NCBI GenBank assembly: GCA_038245905.1
Contig: JBBRRY010000026.1
Span: 1-58,928 of the forward strand
Length of the DNA: 58,928 bases
Direction of reading: 5' to 3'
From: Thermoanaerobaculia bacterium
Lineage (GTDB): Bacteria > Acidobacteriota > Thermoanaerobaculia > UBA5066
A program made the translations under genes and the position numbers. Each line of letters begins with the position of its first letter. The first letter of the stretch is position 1. The notes under the pieces are model-generated. The model was not told where the DNA came from. It searched no databases and was given only the letters and a program-made list of their open reading frames with translations. This document shows positions 18,663 through 28,470 of this stretch, piece by piece.

Positions 18663-20453
18663 GTGCCGAACCCGCTCCTGAACGACCGGGACATCTCGTT
18701 TCTCCTGTACGAGGTCTTCGACACCGCGTCGCTCCTCGCGCTCCCGCACTTCGCGGACCATTCGAGGGAGACGTTCGACGGCTACGTCGGCCTCTGCTCG
18801 CGGTTCGCCCGCGAATCGGTGTTTCCCGCGCTCAAGGCGGTGGACGAAGAGCCACCGAGGCTCGTGGACGGGCAGGTTCTCGCCCACGCGCGGCTCCACG
18901 ACATCTACCCGAAGATGCGCGCGATCGGCGTTTTCGCGGCGTCGAGGCCGTTCGACGTTGGCGGGCAGCAGCTGCCGCTGACGATCTCGACGGCGGCGCA
19001 CCTTTACATCATGGCCGCGAACCCGGCCGTCTACAGCTTCGCGGGCCTCTCGACGGGCGCGGCGCACTTGATCGAGGCGTTCGGAAACGAAGGCCTGAAG
19101 ACGCGTTACATGACGCCGCTCTACGAGGGGCGATTCTCGGGGACGATGGCGCTCACCGAACCGCATGCGGGCTCGAGCCTTGCCGACGTGGCGACCCGGG
19201 CGACGCCCGCGGGAGATCACTTCCTCCTGGCCGGAGCAAAGATCTTCATCTCCGGCGGTGATCACGACCTGACGGAGAACATCGTCCACCTCGTCCTCGC
19301 GAGGATCGAAGGCGCACCCGCCGGCATCAGGGGCGTGAGTCTCTTCGTCGTGCCGAAGCTCCGCGTCACGGAGAGCGGTCTCGTCCCGAACGACGTCCGC
19401 ATCTCGGGCCTCGTTCACAAGATCGGCTGGCGCTGCCTTCCGGCTGTTCTGCTGTCTCTCGGCGAGGCCGGCGACTGCCGCGGCTGGCTGGTGGGGGAGC
19501 CGCACCAGGGGATCTCCTACATGTTTCAGATGATGAACGAGGCGCGCATCTCGATCGGCGCCGACGGTGTCGGCAGCGCGTCCGCGGCGTATCACGAGAG
19601 CCTCGCGTATGCCGCCGGGCGCCCTCAGGGCCGGCCTGTCACGAGCAAGGATCCGCGGCTGCCGCAGGTCCCGATCCTCGAGCACGCGGACGTGCGCCGG
19701 ATGCTGCTGCGCCAGAAGGCGATCGTGGAAGGTGGGCTCGGGCTCGTCCTCCAGACCGCGCTCTACGCGGACCGCGCGCATCACGCTGCCGCGGAACCCG
19801 AGCGGCGGCACGCGCAGCTCCTCTTAGACCTCCTGACGCCGGTCGCGAAGAGCTTTCCGGCGGAGAGGGGCTTCGAGTCGAACACGCTCGCGCTGCAGAT
19901 CCACGGCGGCTATGGCTACACGAGCGAGTTTCTGCCGGAGGCGTGGCTGCGCGACCAGAAGCTGAACTCGATTCACGAGGGAACGACCGGGATCCAGGGT
20001 CTCGACCTCCTCGGACGCAAGGTGATGGCGAACGGCGGCGCGGCGCTGGTGGCGCTGGAAGAGGAAGTCGCCGCCGCCTGCCGGCGCGCAGACAGCGCCG
20101 GCGTCGAGCCCACGTGGGTGAGCGCCGTGCGCGAGGCCGGCGCGAGCCTGAACGCGCTGACCGGGGAGCTCGCGGCCCGGGGTCGCGCGGGCGACGCGGA
20201 GGGGTTGATCCGCCACTCGGCCGACTACCTGGAGCTCTTCTCGACGTATGCCGTGGCGTGGCAGTGGATCCTGCAGGCGGCGGCGGCGAAGGAAGGACTC
20301 GCGCGTGAAGCCGGGCCCCGGGACTTCTTCGAAGGGAAACTCGCGGCCGCGCAGTACTGGCTCCGGACGGAGCTGCCGAAGAACGCCGCGCTCGTCACAT
20401 TGTGTCGGGAGAACGAGGACAGCTACGCGCGGATGAAGCCGGGCTGGTTCTGA
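18663..20453 (+). CDS. Acyl-CoA dehydrogenase
   Basis: GTMALTEPHAGSSL, KIFISGG, MFQMMNEAR, QIHGGYGY and IHEGTTGIQ motifs. Confidence 0.95.
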   Translation: MPNPLLNDRDISFLLYEVFDTASLLALPHFADHSRETFDGYVGLCSRFARESVFPALKAVDEEPPRLVDGQVLAHARLHDIYPKMRAIGVFAASRPFDVGGQQLPLTISTAAHLYIMAANPAVYSFAGLSTGAAHLIEAFGNEGLKTRYMTPLYEGRFSGTMALTEPHAGSSLADVATRATPAGDHFLLAGAKIFISGGDHDLTENIVHLVLARIEGAPAGIRGVSLFVVPKLRVTESGLVPNDVRISGLVHKIGWRCLPAVLLSLGEAGDCRGWLVGEPHQGISYMFQMMNEARISIGADGVGSASAAYHESLAYAAGRPQGRPVTSKDPRLPQVPILEHADVRRMLLRQKAIVEGGLGLVLQTALYADRAHHAAAEPERRHAQLLLDLLTPVAKSFPAERGFESNTLALQIHGGYGYTSEFLPEAWLRDQKLNSIHEGTTGIQGLDLLGRKVMANGGAALVALEEEVAAACRRADSAGVEPTWVSAVREAGASLNALTGELAARGRAGDAEGLIRHSADYLELFSTYAVAWQWILQAAAAKEGLAREAGPRDFFEGKLAAAQYWLRTELPKNAALVTLCRENEDSYARMKPGWF

Positions 20454-20533
20454 CGGCGGGGAGCCGCCCGCGCTCGCCCGAGGCGGGGGGCATGCCATGA
20501 TCCGCCGTCTCAAGGAAAAGACGGAGGCCCCCA

Positions 20534-22537
20534 GTGCCCACTCTTTCTAGGAAAGTCTTCTTCTCCTCACTCTTCCTATCCGTTCTCCTCGGCGCCTCGG
20601 TTGTGCGCGCGCAGCTGAAGGAGGCGGCGAAACCGCCTGCCCCGCCCCCGGCCCAGTACCCCGGGCTCGTGAGCGAGACGCCTGGGAAGTTCGTGCCCTC
20701 GACGGACGGTCACGAGTACGCCCGGCGCAAGGTGGAGATCCCGATGCGCGACGGCGTGAAGCTGCACACGGTGATCCTCGTTCCGAACGGCGCGAAGGGC
20801 ATGCCGATTCTCCTCACGCGGACGCCCTACGACGCCGACAAGCTCACGACCGCAAACGAGAGCGCGCACCTCGGCCCGAGTCTCGACGGCTACGACAACG
20901 CGGTCGAGACGATCGTCGAGGGCGGTTACATCCGCGTCATGCAAGACGTTCGCGGCAAGCACGGCTCCGAGGGCGACTACGTGATGAACCGCCCGCTGCA
21001 CGGGCCGCAGAATCCGACGCCCGTGGATCACGCGACCGACACGTACGACACGATCGACTGGCTCGTGAAGAACGTGCCGGAGTCGAACGGAAAGGTCGGC
21101 ATCCTCGGGATCTCGTACAACGGCTTCCTGCCGCTGATGGCGCTCGTGAACCCGCATCCCGCGCTCAAGGTGTCCGTCCCGATGAACCCGATGGTCGACG
21201 GTTGGATGGGCGACGACTGGTTCCACAACGGCGCGTTCCGCCAGGGCGGGAACCTGGCCTACATTCACGACCAGGAGGCCACGCGGAAGGGCGACGCCAA
21301 GTGGTTCACGAGCCACTTCGACGACTACGACACGTTCCTCGAGGCGGGGTCGGCGGGGGAGCTGGGCCGCCGCAGGGGGATGGAGCAGCTCGGCTTCTGG
21401 AAGAAGATCCTCGACCATCCCGCCTACGACGCCTTTTGGCGCGACCAGGCGGTCGACCGCATCCTCGCGGCGCAGCCGCTGAAGGTGCCCGTGATGCTCG
21501 TCCACAGTCTGTGGGACCAGGAAGACATCTACGGAGCGCCCGCGGTATACAGGGCCATCAAGCCGAAGGACGCCGGCAACGACAAGGTGTTCCTCGTGAT
21601 AGGCCCGTGGCACCACGGCCAGGAGATCCGGGACGGTAGCGCGCTCGGCGCGATCAGGTTCGACAGCAATACCGCGCTCACGTTCCGCCGTGAGATCCTG
21701 CGGCCGTTCCTCGATCAGTACCTCAAGGACGGGGCGCCGCCCGCGGGCATCGCGCCCGTCATGGCGTTCGAAACCGGCACGAACACGTGGCGGCGGCTGC
21801 CGGCGTGGCCGGCCGGCTGCGCGAGCGGGTGCGCGGTGAAGCCGACGCCGCTCTATCTCGCCGCCGGCGGCAAGCTGGGCTTCGCCGAGTCGGTGTCCGG
21901 TGACGGTGCCGCTCCCTCGTTCCAGGAGTACGTTTCCGATCCGGCGAAGCCTGTTCCGTTCCACGCGCGCCCGATCGTCCCGGGCAGCTTCGACCACGGC
22001 CAGGGATGGAGGGAGTGGCTTGTGACGGACCAGCGCGAGGCGTCCTCGCGCACGGACGTCGCGGTCTTCACGTCGGACGTCCTGACGGCGCCGGTGAAGA
22101 TCAGCGGCCAGCCGGTCGCGAACCTGATCGCCTCGACGAGCGGGACGGACTCCGACTGGGTCGTGAAGGTGATCGACGTCTATCCGCCGGAGGTGGCCGG
22201 GCAGCCCAACATGGGCGGCTACCAGCTCGCGATCTCGATGGACATCTTTCGAGGCCGCTATCGCGAGAGTCTGGAGACCCCGAAGCCCCTCGCGGCCGGC
22301 AAGGCGTTGACGTATCGCTTCGTGCTCCCCACCGCGAATCACGTATTTCTGACGGGCCATCGCATCATGGTTCAGGTGCAGTCGAGCTGGTTTCCTCTCT
22401 ACGACCGCAACCCGCAGACGTTCGTGCCGAGCATCTTCTGGGCCAGGCCGGGCGACTACGTGAAGGCCACGCAGCGCGTGTATCACGCGCCGGGTCAGGC
22501 GAGCTTCGTGGAGCTGCCGCTCGTGACGGCGCCTTAG
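20534..22537 (+). CDS. CocE/NonD family hydrolase (alpha-amino acid ester hydrolase-like), secreted
   Basis: Signal peptide, IPMRDGVKLHT, GISYNGF nucleophile motif, WDQED and GPWHHG. Confidence 0.92.
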   Translation: MPTLSRKVFFSSLFLSVLLGASVVRAQLKEAAKPPAPPPAQYPGLVSETPGKFVPSTDGHEYARRKVEIPMRDGVKLHTVILVPNGAKGMPILLTRTPYDADKLTTANESAHLGPSLDGYDNAVETIVEGGYIRVMQDVRGKHGSEGDYVMNRPLHGPQNPTPVDHATDTYDTIDWLVKNVPESNGKVGILGISYNGFLPLMALVNPHPALKVSVPMNPMVDGWMGDDWFHNGAFRQGGNLAYIHDQEATRKGDAKWFTSHFDDYDTFLEAGSAGELGRRRGMEQLGFWKKILDHPAYDAFWRDQAVDRILAAQPLKVPVMLVHSLWDQEDIYGAPAVYRAIKPKDAGNDKVFLVIGPWHHGQEIRDGSALGAIRFDSNTALTFRREILRPFLDQYLKDGAPPAGIAPVMAFETGTNTWRRLPAWPAGCASGCAVKPTPLYLAAGGKLGFAESVSGDGAAPSFQEYVSDPAKPVPFHARPIVPGSFDHGQGWREWLVTDQREASSRTDVAVFTSDVLTAPVKISGQPVANLIASTSGTDSDWVVKVIDVYPPEVAGQPNMGGYQLAISMDIFRGRYRESLETPKPLAAGKALTYRFVLPTANHVFLTGHRIMVQVQSSWFPLYDRNPQTFVPSIFWARPGDYVKATQRVYHAPGQASFVELPLVTAP

Positions 22538-22616
22538 GGAGGCGCGAAGCAGACACGGGCCGCCTCGACGGCCTGAATCCTGCTTTGATTCCGGAACGCC
22601 GTCCGGAGGTGCCGAA

Positions 22617-23180
22617 CTGTCCTCCCGGGGAATCGCAGGTCTGCTGATCGCCTGTCTCTCGATCTCGGGCTGCTCGAGCGCGTCGAAGATCGAGAAGAAG
22701 GCCTTCCTGGACGCCGGTCTCGCGCTCCAGCACGATGCGCCGGAGCCGTCCTTCAACGATCTTCGGACAGAGCTGGATCTCTTCCTCAATGACGAGCTGC
22801 AGGATCTCAAGGACCGCACGAAGCGCCAGGAAGAGAAGGAGCTCAGCCTCTACCGAAAGGTTTACTCGATCGGCGGCGCGGCCGCTTTCCTGGCCATCAC
22901 GTCCGGCACCCTGAACAACCCGGACAACCGTGGCGCCCAGTACTCGCTCGGCGGCGTAAGCATGGTCATCGCGCTCATCGGTTATGGCATGTACCTCGCG
23001 CGAACGGGCGAGATGAAGGACTGCCGCGCATTCCTCGATCGCGGCGGACAGGAGCTTTCGGAGTGGGGGCGCTTCCACCTCATTCCGTCCGACGGGACTG
23101 TGCCGCGCGAGCTCTGGCTCGACTACGTGAACCGGGTCGCGGCGATTCGCGCGCACGAGTCCTGTCTTCGGATTCGCTGA
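22617..23180 (+). CDS. Hypothetical lipoprotein with two TM segments (probable CTG start)
   Basis: The frame of the 22962..23180 ORF is open upstream and reads SSRGIAGLLIACLSISG-C (lipobox-like). GGAGGT lies 6 nt before an in-frame CTG at 22617. Confidence 0.6.
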   Translation: MSSRGIAGLLIACLSISGCSSASKIEKKAFLDAGLALQHDAPEPSFNDLRTELDLFLNDELQDLKDRTKRQEEKELSLYRKVYSIGGAAAFLAITSGTLNNPDNRGAQYSLGGVSMVIALIGYGMYLARTGEMKDCRAFLDRGGQELSEWGRFHLIPSDGTVPRELWLDYVNRVAAIRAHESCLRIR

Positions 23181-23270
23181 GCAATCCATGGAGCGCGACC
23201 GGCCCGCTTCTTGCAGCCCGAATAGACGCCGCGTGGGTCCGGCGTCGGCCGGACGCGCAAAGGAGCGTCC

Positions 23271-25343
23271 ATGCGCCTCAATTCGTCCCGCAATCTCGTG
23301 ATTTCCGCCGTTCTCGCGGTCGCCACGGCGCCCGGCCTTCTCGCGCAGGGATACGGCGACGCGCAAGACTTTCAACAGACGGTGGCCCGGGTCGCCTGGC
23401 TGACGGGCGAGTCCTCGCTCCAGCGCGGAGACGATCCCGACCACTGGGAGCCGTTGGCCTTGAACGTCCCGCTCACGATCGGCGACCGCGTCTACGCGGG
23501 TCCGACGGGCCGCCTCGAACTGGAGGCGCCGGGATTCCGTGTGTTCGTGGCTCCCGGTACCGAGTTCACGACTCTGAATCTGACCGAAGACGTCCAGCAG
23601 TACTCGATCTCGCAAGGCACGGCGACGTTCCGCCTCTCGCATCGAGACGACGAAGACGTCATCGAGATCGACACGCCGAACGCGGCCATCACGCTGGAGG
23701 TGACGGGCCTCTACCGCGTCAGCGTGGACAGAAACGGGAACACCCGCGTGTCCGTGCAGCGCGGCGAGGCACGCGTGGCGGCGGGCGGCGGCGAGGTGTC
23801 GCTCCGCACGGGCGACGAGATGCACGTCGACGGCCTCGACGAGCCGGAATATGACGTTTTCGCGCTTTCGACGGCCGACTCCTGGGATCGCTGGGTGGAC
23901 TCGCGCGAGCGGCGCCGGCATGCCGTTGCCTCGTACAACTACGCGAGCGAGGACATCCTCGGAGCTTCCGACCTCGACGCCTACGGGCAGTGGCAGAACG
24001 TGCCGGAGTACGGTCACGTCTGGTCGCCTGCGAACGTGGCCGTGGACTGGGCGCCGTATCGTCTCGGGCGCTGGATCTGGCAGGACCCCTGGGGCTGGAC
24101 GTGGGTCTCGGACGAACCCTGGGGCTGGGCTCCCTACCACTACGGGCGCTGGGTCACGCGCTCCAACCGCTGGTATTGGGTGCCTGTTTCTCCGAACGTG
24201 AGGCACGTCGACTACGCTCCCGCGCTCGTGGCCTTCGTGGGGGGCGGTCCAGGCTGGTCCGGCTCGATCTCGATCGGCGGAGGCGGATTCGTGGGCTGGT
24301 TCCCGCTGGGCCCGCGCGATCCGTTCGTACCGTGGTGGGGAAGACATGCCGCGTCTCCCGTCCGGGCTGGAAACGTTCCCTACGCAAACCGCGCGTACGT
24401 CACCGTCGTGAGCCGCGGCTCGTTCGCGGGGGCCCAGGCGACGCAGAGCGGGCGCGTCCGGGACGTGAGGATCCTCCAGGAGATCGGAAGACAGCCGGTC
24501 CTCCGGGGCCCGCTGCCCGTGCTCCCAACGGCGCAATCCATACGTCCCGCGTTCGTGACGGGCGCCGGCCCACGGCCGCCCGATTGGATGCAGACGCGTG
24601 CCGTCGCGGCGCGCCTCGCCCCTCCGCCCGCGCCGCCTGCCTTCACGGAGAAGCTCAAGGTGATCCGCGAGAACCGCGGGGCCCCGATGACGCCGTCGGC
24701 GGCAGGCCGCCTCGCCCTGCAGTCGCCGGCGGGCGTGCGGGCCGCAGTTCCGATCCGGCCCGTCACCCGGGACGGCGGCCGCGTGGACCTCGCGCCGCGC
24801 CGCGACGCCGTCGAGGCGCCGCCGCCCGACCCCATCCGATTCGGCGGACGCGCGCTCGCATCGCCGCAGGCTCCCTTCATTTCGCATCCGTCCGGCTCGC
24901 GCGAGAACGTGCAGCAGATGCGCGTGGCGCCGGGCGCGGTGTCGATTCCGTTGGCGAAGCCGGCCCGCGGCCGCGAGGAAGAACGCGCGAAACCGGTTGT
25001 CGCCGCTCCGCAGGCCCAGCCGCAGCCCCAGATCCAGGCGCAGCCCCAGGCCCCACCGCGGCCCCAGGTCGTCCAGCCGCAGCCCCGGGTCCAACCGCAA
25101 CCGCAAGCCCAACCGCAAGCCCAACCGCAGCCCCAGGCTCAGCCGCAGCCTCAGGCCCAGCCGCAGTCCCCCTCCGAGAGGCGCGAGATGATCCGCGGTC
25201 CGCGCCGCGTGGCTCCTTCGGGTCCCGATCCTCTCCAGGAGTCCGGCCGCGGGAAGGGCGACAAGGGCGACAAAAACGACAAAGGCGACAAAGGCGACAA
25301 AGATAAGAAGGACAAGCCCGAGAAAGGGCGAGGGGAACGCTAG
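23271..25343 (+). CDS. Secreted FecR-like/DUF6600 protein with Trp-rich repeats and low-complexity tail
   Basis: Signal peptide, IEIDTPNAAI, LDAYGQW, WAPYRLGRW and WTWVSDEPWGWAPYHYGRW motifs. Confidence 0.85.
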   Translation: MRLNSSRNLVISAVLAVATAPGLLAQGYGDAQDFQQTVARVAWLTGESSLQRGDDPDHWEPLALNVPLTIGDRVYAGPTGRLELEAPGFRVFVAPGTEFTTLNLTEDVQQYSISQGTATFRLSHRDDEDVIEIDTPNAAITLEVTGLYRVSVDRNGNTRVSVQRGEARVAAGGGEVSLRTGDEMHVDGLDEPEYDVFALSTADSWDRWVDSRERRRHAVASYNYASEDILGASDLDAYGQWQNVPEYGHVWSPANVAVDWAPYRLGRWIWQDPWGWTWVSDEPWGWAPYHYGRWVTRSNRWYWVPVSPNVRHVDYAPALVAFVGGGPGWSGSISIGGGGFVGWFPLGPRDPFVPWWGRHAASPVRAGNVPYANRAYVTVVSRGSFAGAQATQSGRVRDVRILQEIGRQPVLRGPLPVLPTAQSIRPAFVTGAGPRPPDWMQTRAVAARLAPPPAPPAFTEKLKVIRENRGAPMTPSAAGRLALQSPAGVRAAVPIRPVTRDGGRVDLAPRRDAVEAPPPDPIRFGGRALASPQAPFISHPSGSRENVQQMRVAPGAVSIPLAKPARGREEERAKPVVAAPQAQPQPQIQAQPQAPPRPQVVQPQPRVQPQPQAQPQAQPQPQAQPQPQAQPQSPSERREMIRGPRRVAPSGPDPLQESGRGKGDKGDKNDKGDKGDKDKKDKPEKGRGER
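25008..25166 (+). repeat. Coding (PQ/AQ)n low-complexity repeat
   Basis: Repeated CAGCCG/CAGGCC/CAACCG hexamers encoding PQAQPQPQ... Confidence 0.85.
25257..25316 (+). repeat. Coding 9-bp repeat (GDK)n
   Basis: GGCGACAAR units encoding GDKGDKNDKGDKGDK. Confidence 0.8.
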
Positions 25344-25383
25344 GCCGAGGACGTCCTCAGAAAAACGGGTGCCGCCCGCGGCC

Positions 25384-26433
25384 TCAGCGCAGGGACTCCA
25401 TGATCTCGTCGAGAGCTTCGCGGCTGGGCCTCAGCTTTTCGAGAGGCAGGTTCGTCAGGGATTCGCCGGTCGCGCCGAGCGTCTCGCAGAGGGACGGCCT
25501 CGACGGATCGATGTACAGGATTCCGGTGAGGATCTCCTGTTTCCCGTGGCTTTCGTGAATCGCCTTCAGGGCCTTTTCCTTGTCGGTCGGGTCGTAGTCG
25601 CGGCCCACGCCCCGGAACTTGAGGACGCTCCCGTCCGGGAATGTCACGTCCTTCGTGTCGCCCGCGGGGATCTCGACCAGGGTCTCCTCGAAGAACGGCA
25701 CGAAGCCGATCTCGTGGACGGGCGTCTCGTGCTCCTTGGAGTACTTGTAGCTCTTCGTGGAGCCCTCGTGGTCGTTAAAGGTCACGCACGGGGAGATGAC
25801 GTCGATGACCGACGTGCCCTTGTGGGCGATGGCCGCCTCGAGGATCGTCTGCAGCTGCTTCATGTCGCCGGAGAACGAGCGGGCCACGAACGTGCCGCCG
25901 AGCTCGATCGCGAGCGAGCAGCAATCGATCGGGATGAACGCGTTCACCGCGCCGCCCTTCTGCTTCGCGCCGAGGTCCGCGGTGGCTGAAAACTGGCCCT
26001 TCGTGAGCCCGTACCCGCCGTTGTCCTCGATGATGTAGACGAGCGGCAGGTTCCGCCTCACGAGGTGGACGAACTGGCCGATGCCGATGGAGGCCGTGTC
26101 GCCGTCGCCGGAGACGCCGATGCCGATGAGCGTCGGGTCCGCCACGAGGGCGCCGGTCGCGGCGGACGGCATCCGGCCGTGAACGCCGTTGAAGCCCCAG
26201 GCGCGGTTCAGGAAATAGGCCGGCGTTTTCGACGAGCAGCCGATCCCGGAGAATTTCGCGACCTTGTGAGGCTCGATTCCCATCTCGTAGAACGCGTTGA
26301 TGATCTGTTTCGTGATGACGTCGTGCCCGCAGCCGAGGCACAGCGTGGACTTGCCGCCCTCGTAGTGCGCCTTCGGCAGGCCGATGTGGTTCGTCTTCGG
26401 AGCCGGAGCCGGGGTGCCTGGCGTCGCGCTCAT
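25384..26433 (-). CDS. 2-oxoacid:ferredoxin oxidoreductase beta subunit (KorB-like)
   Basis: STLCLGCGHD, SGIGCSSK, GVSGDGD, YGLTKGQFS and ISPCVTFN motifs. ATGA overlap with the alpha subunit. Confidence 0.93.
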   Translation of the reverse strand: MSATPGTPAPAPKTNHIGLPKAHYEGGKSTLCLGCGHDVITKQIINAFYEMGIEPHKVAKFSGIGCSSKTPAYFLNRAWGFNGVHGRMPSAATGALVADPTLIGIGVSGDGDTASIGIGQFVHLVRRNLPLVYIIEDNGGYGLTKGQFSATADLGAKQKGGAVNAFIPIDCCSLAIELGGTFVARSFSGDMKQLQTILEAAIAHKGTSVIDVISPCVTFNDHEGSTKSYKYSKEHETPVHEIGFVPFFEETLVEIPAGDTKDVTFPDGSVLKFRGVGRDYDPTDKEKALKAIHESHGKQEILTGILYIDPSRPSLCETLGATGESLTNLPLEKLRPSREALDEIMESLR

Positions 26434-28331
26434 GCGTCGAGCCCTCCCTTCTGGGCGTCCGAGCCGCCGGCCCGGGACGCGGGTGCGTCGTTGAGGACAC
26501 CTTCGATCACGGTGGTCGCGTCGAGGGGAAGGCCGTTGTACTGACGGACCGACAGGAAGCGCGTGGCGAGCTCCGGGAGCTCGTCGCGCAGGATGGTCAC
26601 GAGCTGCCCGTCGCGGTTCTGCTCGACGACGTAGATGCGCTCGTGTCGCCGCATCCAGTTGACCGCCTCCGCGTGCAGCGGGAGAGAGCGGAGCCGGCAG
26701 TAGTCGAGCGACACGCCGAACTTCGACGCGAGCTTGTCGCGGGCCTCCGTCGTGCCGTAATGAGACGTGCCATACGCCAGGAGTCCCGCCGTCGCGCCCG
26801 CGGCGTCCTGGATCTCGGGCTTCGGCACCATCGTCCTGGCCGTCTCGAATTTCTTCACGAGGCGGTTGACGTTGTTCACGTAATCCTGGGGCTTCTCGGA
26901 GTACTGCGCCTTGTCGTTGTGGCCTGAACCGCGCGTCAAATACGCCGCATAGGGATTCGGGGTTCCGGGCAGCGTCCGGTATGGGATGCCGTCGCCGTCG
27001 ACGTCCTTGTACCTTCCCCACGTCTCCTTCACCTTCTCGATGCCGGCGGCGTCGAGCACCTTGCCGCGTGCGAAGGGCGCCGTGGGATACGGAAAGGCGT
27101 CGGACATCCAGTTGTTCATACCGAGGTCGAGGTCCGTCATGACGAAGATCGGCGTCTGGAGCTGCTCGGCGAGGTCGAAGGCCTCCTGGGCCATCGTGAA
27201 GCACTCTTCCGGTGAGGCGGGGAAGAGAAGGGGGTGTTTCGTGTCGCCCTGAGAGTTGAAGTAACAGAGAAGGATGTCCCCCTGCATCGTTCGCGTCGGG
27301 AGCCCGGTGGACGGTCCGGTGCGCTGGACGTCGAACAGGACCGCCGGGATCTCGGCGTAGTAGCCGAGGCCGATGTACTCGGACATGAGCGAAATGCCGG
27401 GCCCGGACGTGGAGGTGAACGCACGGGCGCCCGCCCATCCGGCGCCGAGCACCATTCCGATCGATGCGATCTCGTCCTCGGCCTGGATGATCGCCACGTT
27501 CTTCTTCTTCGTGACGGGGTCTACTCTGAGGTCGTCCGCGAAGTCGATGAAGGACTCGCACAAGGAGGACGACGGCGTGATGGGGTACCACGCGCACACC
27601 GTTGCTCCGCCGAAGACGCATCCGAGCGCCGCCGCCATGTTGCCCTCGATGATGATCTTTCCCTGCGTCGCGTTCATGCGCTCGACGCGGAAGGGAATCT
27701 TGGCCGGAAAGCTCTCGGCCGCGAACTCGAGGCCGAGCCGGACGGCGGTGATGTTCAGGTCGATCGCCTTCTGCTTGCCCCGAAGCTGCTTCGCGATGGC
27801 CTTCTCGGTCTCCGCGGGGTCGATGCCCATGAGGTCGGCGACGACGCCGACGTAGATCATGTTCACGATCAGCTTGCGGAGCTTGGCGTGCTCGGGCGCC
27901 GCCGTGATCTTGAGAATGAGCTCCGAGAACGGAACCGCGTAGTACGTCACGTCGTCGCGCTTCTTTCCGGGATTCTCGAGCCCGAGCTTCTTCTCGTAGA
28001 CGACGTGGGCGCCGGCGCGCACCTCGCGGACGTCGTCGTCGGCCGTCTCGGCATTCATGCAGACGAGGACGTCGAGGTCGCGCTTGCGCGCGAGGTATCC
28101 GTCCTTGTTCGCGCGGATCGTGAACCAGGTCGGCAGGCCCTGGATGTTCGACGGAAACAGGTTCTTGCCCGAGACGGGGACGCCCATGCGGAAGATGGAC
28201 CGCATGAGGACGCTGTTCGCCGTCTGGGAACCCGACCCGTTGGCCGTGGCAACCTGAATCGAGAAGTCGTTGACGACGGCTTCGCCGGACGAGCCGGGGC
28301 GGGAAGTCGTCTCGGTGAGAACACTCGACAT
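26430..28331 (-). CDS. 2-oxoacid:acceptor oxidoreductase alpha subunit (KorA-like)
   Basis: NGSGSQTAN, WYPITPSS, QAEDEIAS, TSTSGPGISLM and QRTGPSTGLPTRT motifs. Confidence 0.93.
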   Translation of the reverse strand: MSSVLTETTSRPGSSGEAVVNDFSIQVATANGSGSQTANSVLMRSIFRMGVPVSGKNLFPSNIQGLPTWFTIRANKDGYLARKRDLDVLVCMNAETADDDVREVRAGAHVVYEKKLGLENPGKKRDDVTYYAVPFSELILKITAAPEHAKLRKLIVNMIYVGVVADLMGIDPAETEKAIAKQLRGKQKAIDLNITAVRLGLEFAAESFPAKIPFRVERMNATQGKIIIEGNMAAALGCVFGGATVCAWYPITPSSSLCESFIDFADDLRVDPVTKKKNVAIIQAEDEIASIGMVLGAGWAGARAFTSTSGPGISLMSEYIGLGYYAEIPAVLFDVQRTGPSTGLPTRTMQGDILLCYFNSQGDTKHPLLFPASPEECFTMAQEAFDLAEQLQTPIFVMTDLDLGMNNWMSDAFPYPTAPFARGKVLDAAGIEKVKETWGRYKDVDGDGIPYRTLPGTPNPYAAYLTRGSGHNDKAQYSEKPQDYVNNVNRLVKKFETARTMVPKPEIQDAAGATAGLLAYGTSHYGTTEARDKLASKFGVSLDYCRLRSLPLHAEAVNWMRRHERIYVVEQNRDGQLVTILRDELPELATRFLSVRQYNGLPLDATTVIEGVLNDAPASRAGGSDAQKGGLDA

Positions 28332-28470
28332 AGGGCTTGATCCTCCGGAGCCGCGGGCCTTCGTGACCCTCGGGGGCCGCGGCAAAATGAGACGCGATCT
28401 TAACGTCCCCGGCCGCGTGGAACAATCGCGGGGAGGGAAGAAGAGTCGGCCCTCGCCGCCGGCTTCGCCT

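Noticed and set aside
20576-25124. 747-aa and 919-aa minus-strand ORFs
   Set aside because: Antisense to well-supported plus-strand genes.
25008-25316. Tandem repeats as a CRISPR array
   Set aside because: They are 6- and 9-bp coding repeats without unique spacers, and no cas genes are present.
25384-28425. 1013-aa ORF as an alpha-beta fusion
   Set aside because: Only the last 349 aa are the beta subunit. The upstream part is an off-frame reading of the alpha gene, which ends with its own stop in an ATGA overlap.
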